Shown here in pieces: positions 50,507-58,836 of a DNA stretch of 64,000 bases. The first letter of the stretch is position 1, and every line of letters begins with the position of its first letter. The notes under the pieces were generated by a model. It was not told the DNA's origin. It did no database searches and worked only from the letters and a program-made list of their open reading frames with translations. The stretch lies in the NCBI GenBank assembly GCA_026395215.1, contig JAPLZC010000010.1:71371-135370 (forward strand), in the 5' to 3' direction. Made by a program: the position numbers and the translations under genes. This DNA comes from Candidatus Staskawiczbacteria bacterium (GTDB lineage Bacteria; Patescibacteriota; Minisyncoccia; Minisyncoccales; Staskawiczbacteraceae).

Positions 50507-51406
50507 TTATCCTTTATAATCTTTATGTATGAAAAAGAAGTTAGTAGCTTTTGTTTTTTCGTTGACTTGATTTATTTTTACCAACTTTTCACCTCTTAGA
50601 AAGAAACATTCGTATCCAATGTTTTTTAATATTTTAATTATATCATTTGGATGATAATCATATTTAGCTGACCATTTGCGCAACATCTCCATAAAAATCA
50701 CCGGAAAATGTTTTTTGATTATTTCAATTCCTCCTCTTACCACAAATATCTCTGCACCCTCTACATCGCATTTTATGAAATCAACCCTTTTAGTCAATTT
50801 TGGAATGAAACTATCTAACTTTTTAATTTTACAATTAACATTTACCTTTTTAATCCCCTCGTGTAAGTTTTTAGCTGAAGCCGCGCCAGACATTTCTGGA
50901 TAATAATTAAAAATTATGTCTTTGTTTTCCTCACCTATTCCAAGATTAAACGGTTTAACATTACCCAGCCCGTTGATTTTAATATTTTTTTCTAAATAAC
51001 CATAAGTTTTAGGTATCGGCTCAAAAGAAAAAATCTTCCCGTTAGGAACGTTCTTTGAAAGATTTAATGAATACCATCCAATATTTGCTCCAATGTCCAA
51101 AATAACACTATCTTTTTTTAAAAATTTCCTTATGGCTTCCAATTCTTCAGACTCATAATCTCTAAAATTTAAAATTTCGGTTGCAATTGACCTTTCGTCA
51201 TCGGCATCACACACAATTTTTATTCCATTTTTTGTTGTAAATATAATTTCTCTATCGGAAATTTCTATCTTCCCAATATTTCTATTAGCAATAAATTTTG
51301 AGTAATCAAAAAGATTCTTATGGATTTTATACATCTCCTTAATATAATCTGCCTTTTCTATTAATCTTTTCTTAAATTTACTTTCTATTTTTTTAAGCTC
51401 GTCCAT
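50507..51406 (-). CDS. FkbM-family methyltransferase
   Basis: The start is refined to the MDELKKIESKF Met (ATG 51404-51406), immediately after the upstream stop. The 38-codon extension in the ORF track would overlap the ThDP enzyme gene. ILDIGANIGWYSLNL...IFSFEP...IKCDVEGAE. Confidence 0.75.
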   Translation of the reverse strand: MDELKKIESKFKKRLIEKADYIKEMYKIHKNLFDYSKFIANRNIGKIEISDREIIFTTKNGIKIVCDADDERSIATEILNFRDYESEELEAIRKFLKKDSVILDIGANIGWYSLNLSKNVPNGKIFSFEPIPKTYGYLEKNIKINGLGNVKPFNLGIGEENKDIIFNYYPEMSGAASAKNLHEGIKKVNVNCKIKKLDSFIPKLTKRVDFIKCDVEGAEIFVVRGGIEIIKKHFPVIFMEMLRKWSAKYDYHPNDIIKILKNIGYECFFLRGEKLVKINQVNEKTKATNFFFIHKDYKG

Positions 51407-51407
51407 T

Positions 51408-53192
51408 TTATTTAGTTTTAATAACCATTTCGTTTTTAAATTCATCCCTATCCAAAAAAGGATACATATCTTCAAGCGGTTTTGAAACCATTGAGCCATC
51501 TGCCAGCTTTTCTGAGGCAACTGTAGGAATAATTGCTTGATTTTCTGGGCACATTATTTCACAAATTACCGGCCCATTAAAACTTAATGTTTTATCTATT
51601 CCTGCATCAAGTTGGTTGTTCTTAGATATTCTAACAAAATTAATTCCGTAGGCCTTAGCAATTTTTTTTGCATCCGGGAATGAAACGCCGGAGTTTGGAC
51701 CTTCACCAATAAAACGATTGCCGTAAAATTTACCCTGAGTAGTTCTTATAGAAAGATAACCACCATTATTTAAAATGAAAATTTTTACAGGCAACTTATA
51801 ATGAACAGCTGTTTGCAACTCCTGAATATTCTGCTGGAAAGATCCGTCTCCTGTAATACAAACCACTCTTTTATTTCCAAGGCCGGCACTTATACCTATA
51901 CTGGCAGGTAAGCTATATCCCATGGTCGCAAATCCGCCGGAAGTTATATATCTTAATCCATTTTTTATTTTAACAGCCTGGGAACCGGCATAAAAAGCCG
52001 ACCCGGCGTCTGTTACCACAAAATCAGTTCCTTTAAGTTTTTTTGAAAGCTGATCAATAAAATAGTATATATTTACTTTGTCTTTTATTTTTGCATACTC
52101 CAGAAGACAGACTGGATATTTATTGCGCCAACTAATGCACTTCTCTAACCATTTTTCATTTGATGTTTTCTTTAAATTTAGTTGACTAATCTTTTCAATA
52201 AATTGTTTAGCATCACTCATCAATAGCAAATCAATTTTAATGGCTTTTTTAATATGAGATGTTGAATCAACATCAACAACAATAATTTTTGCTTCACGCG
52301 CAAAATCTTTATATTCATAACCAAGCTCAGCTATTGGAAGACTGCTGCCTATTACTATTAACAAGTCAGCATTCTGCATAGCTAAATTACCTGCTCTATC
52401 ACCCTTTATTCCTATACGCCCAACATAAAGAGGATTATCACTATTAATTACATCTATACCAAGGAATGTGGTAATAATTGGAATTTTATATTCCTGGGAA
52501 AATTTTAAAAGATTGTCTATTGCTCCAGATATTCTAACTCCCTGACCGGCCAAAATTACCGGCCTTGATGACGAATTTAAATACTGGGCAACTTTTTTTA
52601 AATCAGAAACCGTTGCTATTTGTTTTTCTTTTACCGGCGTAAATTTTCTCAATTTTTCCGGGTCTATTGTGGCCCCTTGAACATCTGATGGAACATCTAA
52701 CCAAACTGGTCCCGGCCTTTTATTGTTGGCCAAATAATATGCTTTTTCCAAATGGTATCTAATGTCATTTGGATTGTCCACAAAAGCCGAATATTTAGTT
52801 ATTGATTGAACAATTGGCAATATGTTTATTTCCTGAACGCCTATTTGCCTTAACTGGGCTATGCCAGATTTATAAACCGAGTCTTTTCTTTTAACCTGTC
52901 CAGAAATAAATAAACATGGTGAAGAATCAAGCCATGCTCCTGCTAAACCGGTCAACGCATTGGTTGCACCAGGACCGGTAGTAAAATAACCTACACCAAT
53001 TTTACCAATTGCCCGTGAATAAGCTTCAATTGCCATAGAAATAGCCTGCTCATGATGCATGCAGTAAATATTTAAATCTTTATTGCAGGCAAGACCATCT
53101 GTAAGATTCATTATTCCACCTCCAGACAACATAAAAACATCCTTTGTCCCATGTTCAAAAATAAATTTTGCTATATAATCTGAAACTCTCAT
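51408..53192 (-). CDS. Thiamine-diphosphate-dependent enzyme (acetolactate synthase large-subunit-like; YerE-like context)
   Basis: 594 aa. N-terminal ThDP pyrimidine-binding domain (GTKDVFMLSGGGIM...HEQA...GPGATN). C-terminal GDGSFQQNIQEL...NNGGY ThDP-binding motif. Confidence 0.8.
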   Translation of the reverse strand: MRVSDYIAKFIFEHGTKDVFMLSGGGIMNLTDGLACNKDLNIYCMHHEQAISMAIEAYSRAIGKIGVGYFTTGPGATNALTGLAGAWLDSSPCLFISGQVKRKDSVYKSGIAQLRQIGVQEINILPIVQSITKYSAFVDNPNDIRYHLEKAYYLANNKRPGPVWLDVPSDVQGATIDPEKLRKFTPVKEKQIATVSDLKKVAQYLNSSSRPVILAGQGVRISGAIDNLLKFSQEYKIPIITTFLGIDVINSDNPLYVGRIGIKGDRAGNLAMQNADLLIVIGSSLPIAELGYEYKDFAREAKIIVVDVDSTSHIKKAIKIDLLLMSDAKQFIEKISQLNLKKTSNEKWLEKCISWRNKYPVCLLEYAKIKDKVNIYYFIDQLSKKLKGTDFVVTDAGSAFYAGSQAVKIKNGLRYITSGGFATMGYSLPASIGISAGLGNKRVVCITGDGSFQQNIQELQTAVHYKLPVKIFILNNGGYLSIRTTQGKFYGNRFIGEGPNSGVSFPDAKKIAKAYGINFVRISKNNQLDAGIDKTLSFNGPVICEIMCPENQAIIPTVASEKLADGSMVSKPLEDMYPFLDRDEFKNEMVIKTK

Positions 53193-54361
53193 AAATTTTG
53201 AAGCGCCACCTTAAGCCTATTTATTCCTTCCTTAATATTTTCAATACTTGTTGCATAAGCAATTCTAATATAACCTTGCCCATAACCTCCAAAATTGGTC
53301 CCTGGCAAAATAGCAATTTTTGCTTTTTCTAACGCAAAATCTGCGAATTGCTCGCTTGTCATTCCGGTTTTTTTTATATTTGGAAAAACGTAAAATGCTC
53401 CTTCATTTTTTAAACAACTAATGCCGGGAATTTTATTTAATTCATCAACCAGCCAGTCTCTTCTCTCTTTATATGTTTGAACCATTTTTTTTATTTCTAG
53501 CTGATCTCCAACTATTGCTTCTATACCTGCCCGCTGAGTAAAAATAGGGACGCAAGAACACAATGTTTGTACCAGCAAACCCATTTTTTCAATTACTTTT
53601 TCTGGCCCTATTGCCACCCCCAATCTCCATCCTGTCATGGCAAAAGCCTTACTAAATCCATTTATTATAATTGTATTTTCTTTGCAGTGATCATTAATTG
53701 ACGGGCTATGAAATTTAGTTTCTCCATACATCATTCTTGAGTAGACCTCATCTGAAAGCAAATAAATATTATTTTCTTTGGCAATTTTATAAATTTCATC
53801 TAATTCTTCCGGGGTTATAACAGAACCTGTTGGGTTATTAGGCGAATTTATAATAATTAATTTTGTCTTTGGAGTTATGGCTTTTCTTATGTCATTCGGA
53901 TTCATTCTAAATTTATTTTCCTCTTTTAAAGGAACTCTAATCGCATTAACTCCGCATAATTTCATTACAGAATAGTAAGTTGGAAAGCCCGGATCTGGCA
54001 CAATAACATCTTCTCCTGGGTTTACTAAACACTGTATGGCAAGGTAAATAATTATATTTGCGCCCGGGGTAACAAGCACCTGATTAATTTCCGGTTTAAA
54101 TCCACGTGAAGAAAGGGTTGTTTCTTGAATTGTCGCCCTCAAATCATAAAGCCCCATGGAACTTGTATAGTGCGTTTCCCCGCCTTTCATAGATTTATAT
54201 GCAGCTTCTATTATGTGGTCTGGCGTATTAAAATCAGGGTCTCCAATTTCAAAGTGAATAATATTCTCCCCCTGCTTTTCCAATTTTTGGACTTTATCTA
54301 AAACCTTGAACATTGGTTGTCCTTCTATTTTATCTGCTATTTTTGAAATAAAATTTTCCAT
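53189..54361 (-). CDS. Class I/II pyridoxal-phosphate-dependent aminotransferase
   Basis: 390 aa. FEIGDPDF..P...; NPNNPTG; the GFSKAFAMTGWRLG motif with the PLP lysine. Confidence 0.85.
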   Translation of the reverse strand: MENFISKIADKIEGQPMFKVLDKVQKLEKQGENIIHFEIGDPDFNTPDHIIEAAYKSMKGGETHYTSSMGLYDLRATIQETTLSSRGFKPEINQVLVTPGANIIIYLAIQCLVNPGEDVIVPDPGFPTYYSVMKLCGVNAIRVPLKEENKFRMNPNDIRKAITPKTKLIIINSPNNPTGSVITPEELDEIYKIAKENNIYLLSDEVYSRMMYGETKFHSPSINDHCKENTIIINGFSKAFAMTGWRLGVAIGPEKVIEKMGLLVQTLCSCVPIFTQRAGIEAIVGDQLEIKKMVQTYKERRDWLVDELNKIPGISCLKNEGAFYVFPNIKKTGMTSEQFADFALEKAKIAILPGTNFGGYGQGYIRIAYATSIENIKEGINRLKVALQNL

Positions 54362-54376
54362 TTAAATAACCTGATT

Positions 54377-55426
54377 TTATTTATTAAAACTCTCAACCGT
54401 ACGCATAAAACCTTGCTTTAAGTCATATCTTGGGCTCCAGCCCAATTGTCTAATTTTAGATACATTTGGAGAACATCTATCTATTCCACTTTTAAGATAA
54501 CCTACTTCATTATTTTCTTTCTTCTCAACTTTTAAATTCTTTTCAGGAAATAATTCCACCAATAATTTAGCAAGATTAAAAACGCTGATTTCTGCGAGGT
54601 CATTACCCAAATTATATGCTTGTCCATTCTCACCTTTTAGTAATATGGTGAAAAAGCCAATAGTTGCGTCTGCTATATAACAAAATGGTCTCACAGCATT
54701 ACCAGCGCTTTTCATTATGATATTTCTGTTATTTACCACATCAGAAACAAAATCAGCAAAAACCCTACCATCATCAAGATTCATGCCAGGACCATAAGTA
54801 TGAAATGGTCTGACTATTTTTGCAGGAACATTATATTGATATAGCCAGCTGACACACATTGTCTCACCCATCCTTTTACTCTCAGCATAACAAGAACGCA
54901 CATTTGTGGTGTCTACTCTGCCGTATGTATTTTCTTTTATTGGCATATCTTTTTCAGAAACCTGGCCATATATTTCACCACTACTAAAAAATAAAAAGCT
55001 ATCTACTTTTTTTTCTTTTGCAAAGTCCAATAAATTTTTTGTTCCAAAAATATTAGCGGACAATGTCCCAACTGGATCTTTACCAAAAAATTTAGGGCTG
55101 GCCTTACTAGCAGCATGAATTATAAAATGGATATCATCCTTAATGTCTATCGGCTGACATATATCTTGGTTTATAAAAACCAAATCTTTCCTACCCTTAT
55201 GAATAGCAAGCCTGTTATCGGCCATATCCATTGCAAAAACTTTTGCTTTATTTTTAAATTTATTTTCATTCAAAAATAAAATTGTTTTAACCAAATATGA
55301 AGGCAAAAATCCATTGGCTCCGGAAATAAGAATATTTTTACCTTCCAGTTTCCCCCAAGGGATGTCTGCATTAGTAATAAGTTTCAAATCCTGCTCAATA
55401 ATTGGGTTTTCAATTTTATTATTCAT
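54377..55426 (-). CDS. SDR-family NAD-dependent sugar epimerase/dehydratase/reductase
   Basis: 349 aa. ISGANGFLPSY Rossmann motif, YAESKRMGE (YxxxK), extended SDR length. Confidence 0.75.
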   Translation of the reverse strand: MNNKIENPIIEQDLKLITNADIPWGKLEGKNILISGANGFLPSYLVKTILFLNENKFKNKAKVFAMDMADNRLAIHKGRKDLVFINQDICQPIDIKDDIHFIIHAASKASPKFFGKDPVGTLSANIFGTKNLLDFAKEKKVDSFLFFSSGEIYGQVSEKDMPIKENTYGRVDTTNVRSCYAESKRMGETMCVSWLYQYNVPAKIVRPFHTYGPGMNLDDGRVFADFVSDVVNNRNIIMKSAGNAVRPFCYIADATIGFFTILLKGENGQAYNLGNDLAEISVFNLAKLLVELFPEKNLKVEKKENNEVGYLKSGIDRCSPNVSKIRQLGWSPRYDLKQGFMRTVESFNK

Positions 55427-56390
55427 GAAAATTTAATTTTTTGCACCATTCTAAGGTTGCCTTAACCCCATCTTCAAAACTTGTCTTTGGTTGCCAGCCC
55501 AGCTTCTCTTTTGCTTTTGTCCAATCAAGATACTGAGCGGGTATTTCGTTCTTGGCGATATTTAAAACTTTATAATTAACTTTTACGCCTAATATCTTTT
55601 CTATTTTTTCTATTATTTCAATTACATTAAATATATTTTGGGAACCAAAATTAAATGCTTGCCCAAAATTTTCCTTAGTGCTTGCTAACTTTATACATCC
55701 GTCTACTATATCATTTACATAGGTATATTCCCTGACCATTTTTCCGTTGCTTCTTACTAAAAATTCTTTTTTATTTATAATTGATTTTAAAACACCTGGG
55801 ATTATCCTTGAAAAATTTCTGTCGGCAGGACCAAAAACATTACTAAATCTTGTTATTAAAATTGGTAAATTGTATGTTTTAAAATATGCCTGAGCTATTA
55901 AGTCTGTAGCTGATTTTGAGACATCATAAGGATGGTCGCCAGATAAAGGAAAACCTTCTTTATAAGGAAGAATCTCAGATTTTCCGTAAGCCTTATCCGA
56001 AGAGACAATAATTATTGATTCTACACCCTTTTGTTGTCTGCAGGCTTCCAAAATATTAAGTGTGCCAATAATATTTGTTTCTAGTGTGTTGTAAGGGTTG
56101 TCGTAAGCAATTTGAACAATAGGTTGCGCAGCAAAATGAAAAACAATTTCCGGTTTTTCTTTTTTGATAATCTCAAAAACTTTTTTCTTTTTTACATCAA
56201 GCTTATAAAATTTTGCTTTTTTATTCACATTTTCCTTGCTACCAGAAGACAAGTCATCTATTACTATGACTTTATTATTTTTAGCTAAAAGCTCATTAAC
56301 TAAATTAGAACCTATAAACCCGGCCCCACCTGTGACCAAGATTTTTTTCTTAGTTATTTCCATATTTTCCATTTTGGACCTTTTACCCAA
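55419..56390 (-). CDS. Extended SDR, candidate CDP-glucose 4,6-dehydratase-like enzyme
   Basis: 323 aa. VTGGAGFIGSN; VSSDKAYG (an Asp-Lys pair as in CDP-glucose 4,6-dehydratase, versus Asp-Glu in the dTDP enzymes); YDVSK. It lies directly downstream of rfbF. The start is uncertain (Met at 56390, 56372 or 56363) because it overlaps the rfbF end. Confidence 0.55.
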   Translation of the reverse strand: MGKRSKMENMEITKKKILVTGGAGFIGSNLVNELLAKNNKVIVIDDLSSGSKENVNKKAKFYKLDVKKKKVFEIIKKEKPEIVFHFAAQPIVQIAYDNPYNTLETNIIGTLNILEACRQQKGVESIIIVSSDKAYGKSEILPYKEGFPLSGDHPYDVSKSATDLIAQAYFKTYNLPILITRFSNVFGPADRNFSRIIPGVLKSIINKKEFLVRSNGKMVREYTYVNDIVDGCIKLASTKENFGQAFNFGSQNIFNVIEIIEKIEKILGVKVNYKVLNIAKNEIPAQYLDWTKAKEKLGWQPKTSFEDGVKATLEWCKKLNFHE

Positions 56391-57130
56391 AGATCATTCA
56401 AAAATATAAAATCTCTATATGTGTCCATGCAATACCAACAACCCTCATGCTTATATAAAGCCAACTGTTTTTCAGGTATTAATCTGGCCAAAGCATCTTC
56501 TATCATATCCCCGGGCTTTAAATAATTAAAAAATTCTTTGTTAAAAATCATAAATCCACCATTCACATAATCAAAAAGCATTGGCTTTTGAGCAAACTCC
56601 GTAACCAAATTATTTTCATCTGCATTAACCAGTCCCCACCTTGCCTCAGGATGCACACCTGTTATGGTTGCTATTTTGCCGTGGCTTTTATGAAACTCAA
56701 CTAATTTTTCTACATTTATATCGGCTACTCCGTCTCCGTAGGTGACCATAAATAAATCTTCTGTAATATACTTCTTCAACATTAAAACCCTTTCTCCGGT
56801 AGGAGTTTCTAAACCAGTATCTGCAAAAGTAATATTAAAATCGTCATTTAAATTGTCGGGGGTATTATTATCAAAAGTTACAACCTTGCCATCTTTTGTG
56901 TTTAAAGCCAAGTCGTTATTATAATGTCTTTGCCTTAGAAAATGATCTTTAATAGCTGTTCCCTTGTAGCCAAGTGCCAAAACAAAATCACGGTAATTAT
57001 AATGACCGTATATTTTCATAATGTGCCATAATATAGGAGCCCCTCCCACCTCAACCATTGGTTTTGGCTTGAATTCTGTTTCTTCTCTTAAGCGCGTACC
57101 CAATCCCCCACAAAGAATTATTGTTTTCAT
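56354..57130 (-). CDS. rfbF: Glucose-1-phosphate cytidylyltransferase
   Basis: 258 aa. MKTIILCGGLGTRLREETEFKPKPMVEVGGAPILWHIMKIYGHYNYRDFVLALGYKG is near-canonical RfbF. Confidence 0.9.
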   Translation of the reverse strand: MKTIILCGGLGTRLREETEFKPKPMVEVGGAPILWHIMKIYGHYNYRDFVLALGYKGTAIKDHFLRQRHYNNDLALNTKDGKVVTFDNNTPDNLNDDFNITFADTGLETPTGERVLMLKKYITEDLFMVTYGDGVADINVEKLVEFHKSHGKIATITGVHPEARWGLVNADENNLVTEFAQKPMLFDYVNGGFMIFNKEFFNYLKPGDMIEDALARLIPEKQLALYKHEGCWYCMDTYRDFIFLNDLWVKGPKWKIWK

Positions 57131-57144
57131 ATTTTAAATATTAA

Positions 57145-57600
57145 CTAAAGTAATTTAAAACTATTATTATTTGTGATGTTCTTTATTAAATGAGATGAAC
57201 TTTGAATTTTATCTCCGCCTACGCCGTTTATAACTGTTATATTAAAATCTTTGCAGGCGGTTGTTTCGTTTTCGGGGATATTGCCGGAGTTTCTGTCGCC
57301 GCCTTTGGCAAAAAACAATTCTGCATTAGGATATTTTTTGGCAATAGCAATAAGGGTTTCTGCAACGGTTTTGTCATTATCAAGTGCCAAAATAACGTCA
57401 TCGGCGTACCGTAAGGCTTTAACTATTTCTATTCTTTCTTGCTCGGGCATAAATGGTACGCTTCCCTTTAGTTTTACCTGTTCATCGTTATTTACTATAA
57501 CAACCAAAAAATCACCAAGGTTTTTAGCTTCTCTTATAAGGTTTATATGCCCAATGTGAAGTGGGTTAAAGTAGCCACTAGTAATAACTATTTTTTTCAT
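57145..57600 (-). CDS. Cytidylyltransferase-like nucleotidyltransferase (TagD / RfaE domain II type)
   Basis: 151 aa. SGYFNPLHIGHINLIREAK (HxGH motif) ... VVIVNND. Confidence 0.75.
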   Translation of the reverse strand: MKKIVITSGYFNPLHIGHINLIREAKNLGDFLVVIVNNDEQVKLKGSVPFMPEQERIEIVKALRYADDVILALDNDKTVAETLIAIAKKYPNAELFFAKGGDRNSGNIPENETTACKDFNITVINGVGGDKIQSSSHLIKNITNNNSFKLL

Positions 57601-57610
57601 AAATTATATT

Positions 57611-57943
57611 TTATGACTCAATACCAAACGATTGCTTATTTGCCTCCTGAAGAATTCTAAGAGTTGCATGTACCGAAAGATTATCACTTGGCAAAAGTAT
57701 CAGCTTATCTTTTAATTGGTTAAGTAGCGGAGTTAAAAATTCGTCAGCCCATGATGGAGATAACGTCAAAACTCCGGAAAAATCTATCTCCAAAATTTCA
57801 TCTTTAGAAAGCTCTCTTAATGTTGGCTGAAACGCTCTAAAGGCTTCGCTTCCCAGTTCCCTTGAAATTAATGTTGTCCCAAATTTTGCTAATTGCAATT
57901 TCATATATTTTTTTATTTTTAAAATTCTATTTTTGCTAAACAT
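57611..57943 (-). CDS. STAS-like DUF4325 protein
   Basis: 110 aa. The pattern ...ISRELGSEAFRAFQP...EILEIDFSGVLTLSPSWADEFLTPL resembles DUF4325. The start is more likely the internal MKLQLAKFG Met (57904), which removes the 25-nt overlap with the upstream gene. Confidence 0.6.
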   Translation of the reverse strand: MFSKNRILKIKKYMKLQLAKFGTTLISRELGSEAFRAFQPTLRELSKDEILEIDFSGVLTLSPSWADEFLTPLLNQLKDKLILLPSDNLSVHATLRILQEANKQSFGIES

Positions 57944-58638
57944 CCTCGCACAACATGCTGACCTCTAGTAACACGAAACACCTTATCAGATCCTTTCATG
58001 CGCACCTCGGCATCTCCACTTGTATAAAACAAATCAATTGGGCCATCGGTAATAACTTCACGGACAAGTTTAAGGCCGTTACCTCGCTTTTCAGGAGCTC
58101 TACCAGAGACGAATTCTATAAAAGCAACCTTCACGGCGTCAACATGACTTTTAAGCTCTGGACGAACCTGTCGCAAAGTTTCTAAAATTCCCAAACCTCT
58201 ATCGGCCAACAAAATTTCTCTCTTATCAAGGTTATACCCAAAAAATATCCCGGGCGTATCTGGCCATTTCCCAATATTATGCGCAAAAGAATTATCGCCA
58301 ATTTCTCCAGTTATAAGAACAATCAAAGAATATAGTTTTTCAAACCCTGGCTTCTGCATAAGCAGTTGTTCCATTTTTGTCAGTCTTGCATTAAAAATTG
58401 AACTTGTCGAGCAATAAAATACAGCCGGAAATTCTGTGCCATCTTGAATCCATTCAGAGGCAAAGCCCATCAATTCGCTGGAAAAAACTTCCAAGTCTTT
58501 TTCTCTATAATACCTATGAGTACCTCCATCCTTTCTAATGGCAACCAACTTACCGCTTTCATCCCAACGACGAAGAGTATTCAAAGAAACCCCAAGATAT
58601 TCAGCTGCCTGACTAATTGTAAATAATTTATCCTCCAT
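57919..58638 (-). CDS. MerR/excisionase-type HTH fused to a GHKL (anti-sigma-kinase-like) ATPase domain
   Basis: 239 aa. N-terminal FTISQAAEYLGVSLNTLRRWDESGKL. C-terminal N-box-like GEIGDNSFAHN, G1-like ADRGLGI and G2-like RGNGLKLV. Confidence 0.6.
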   Translation of the reverse strand: MEDKLFTISQAAEYLGVSLNTLRRWDESGKLVAIRKDGGTHRYYREKDLEVFSSELMGFASEWIQDGTEFPAVFYCSTSSIFNARLTKMEQLLMQKPGFEKLYSLIVLITGEIGDNSFAHNIGKWPDTPGIFFGYNLDKREILLADRGLGILETLRQVRPELKSHVDAVKVAFIEFVSGRAPEKRGNGLKLVREVITDGPIDLFYTSGDAEVRMKGSDKVFRVTRGQHVVRGCLAKIEF

Positions 58639-58771
58639 ATTTATATTGTATCATATTATTAAAATCTATACAAGATACATCAAAATCTACCCAAAAATAC
58701 ATAAATCTACTCATTTTCGTGCTAAAACTGTACATTCAGTCATAATCGCTCAGTAATCACTCATTAATCAT

Positions 58772-58800
58772 TTGCTTTTTGGCTCCATAATTTGTATTAT
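58772..58800 (+). promoter_or_regulatory. Candidate sigma70 promoter for the O-antigen-ligase/TPR gene
   Basis: TTGCTT (58772-58777), a 17-nt spacer, then TATTAT (58795-58800), 36 nt upstream of the ATG at 58837. Confidence 0.4.
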
Positions 58801-58836
58801 CAAACAATACGATATTTAATATTTTTAGCATAATTT

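Noticed and set aside
51407-51520. 38-codon N-terminal extension of the FkbM methyltransferase ORF
   Set aside because: It overlaps the 3' end of the ThDP enzyme gene in another frame. The internal Met (MDELKK...) abuts the upstream stop, as in the other tightly packed genes of this operon.
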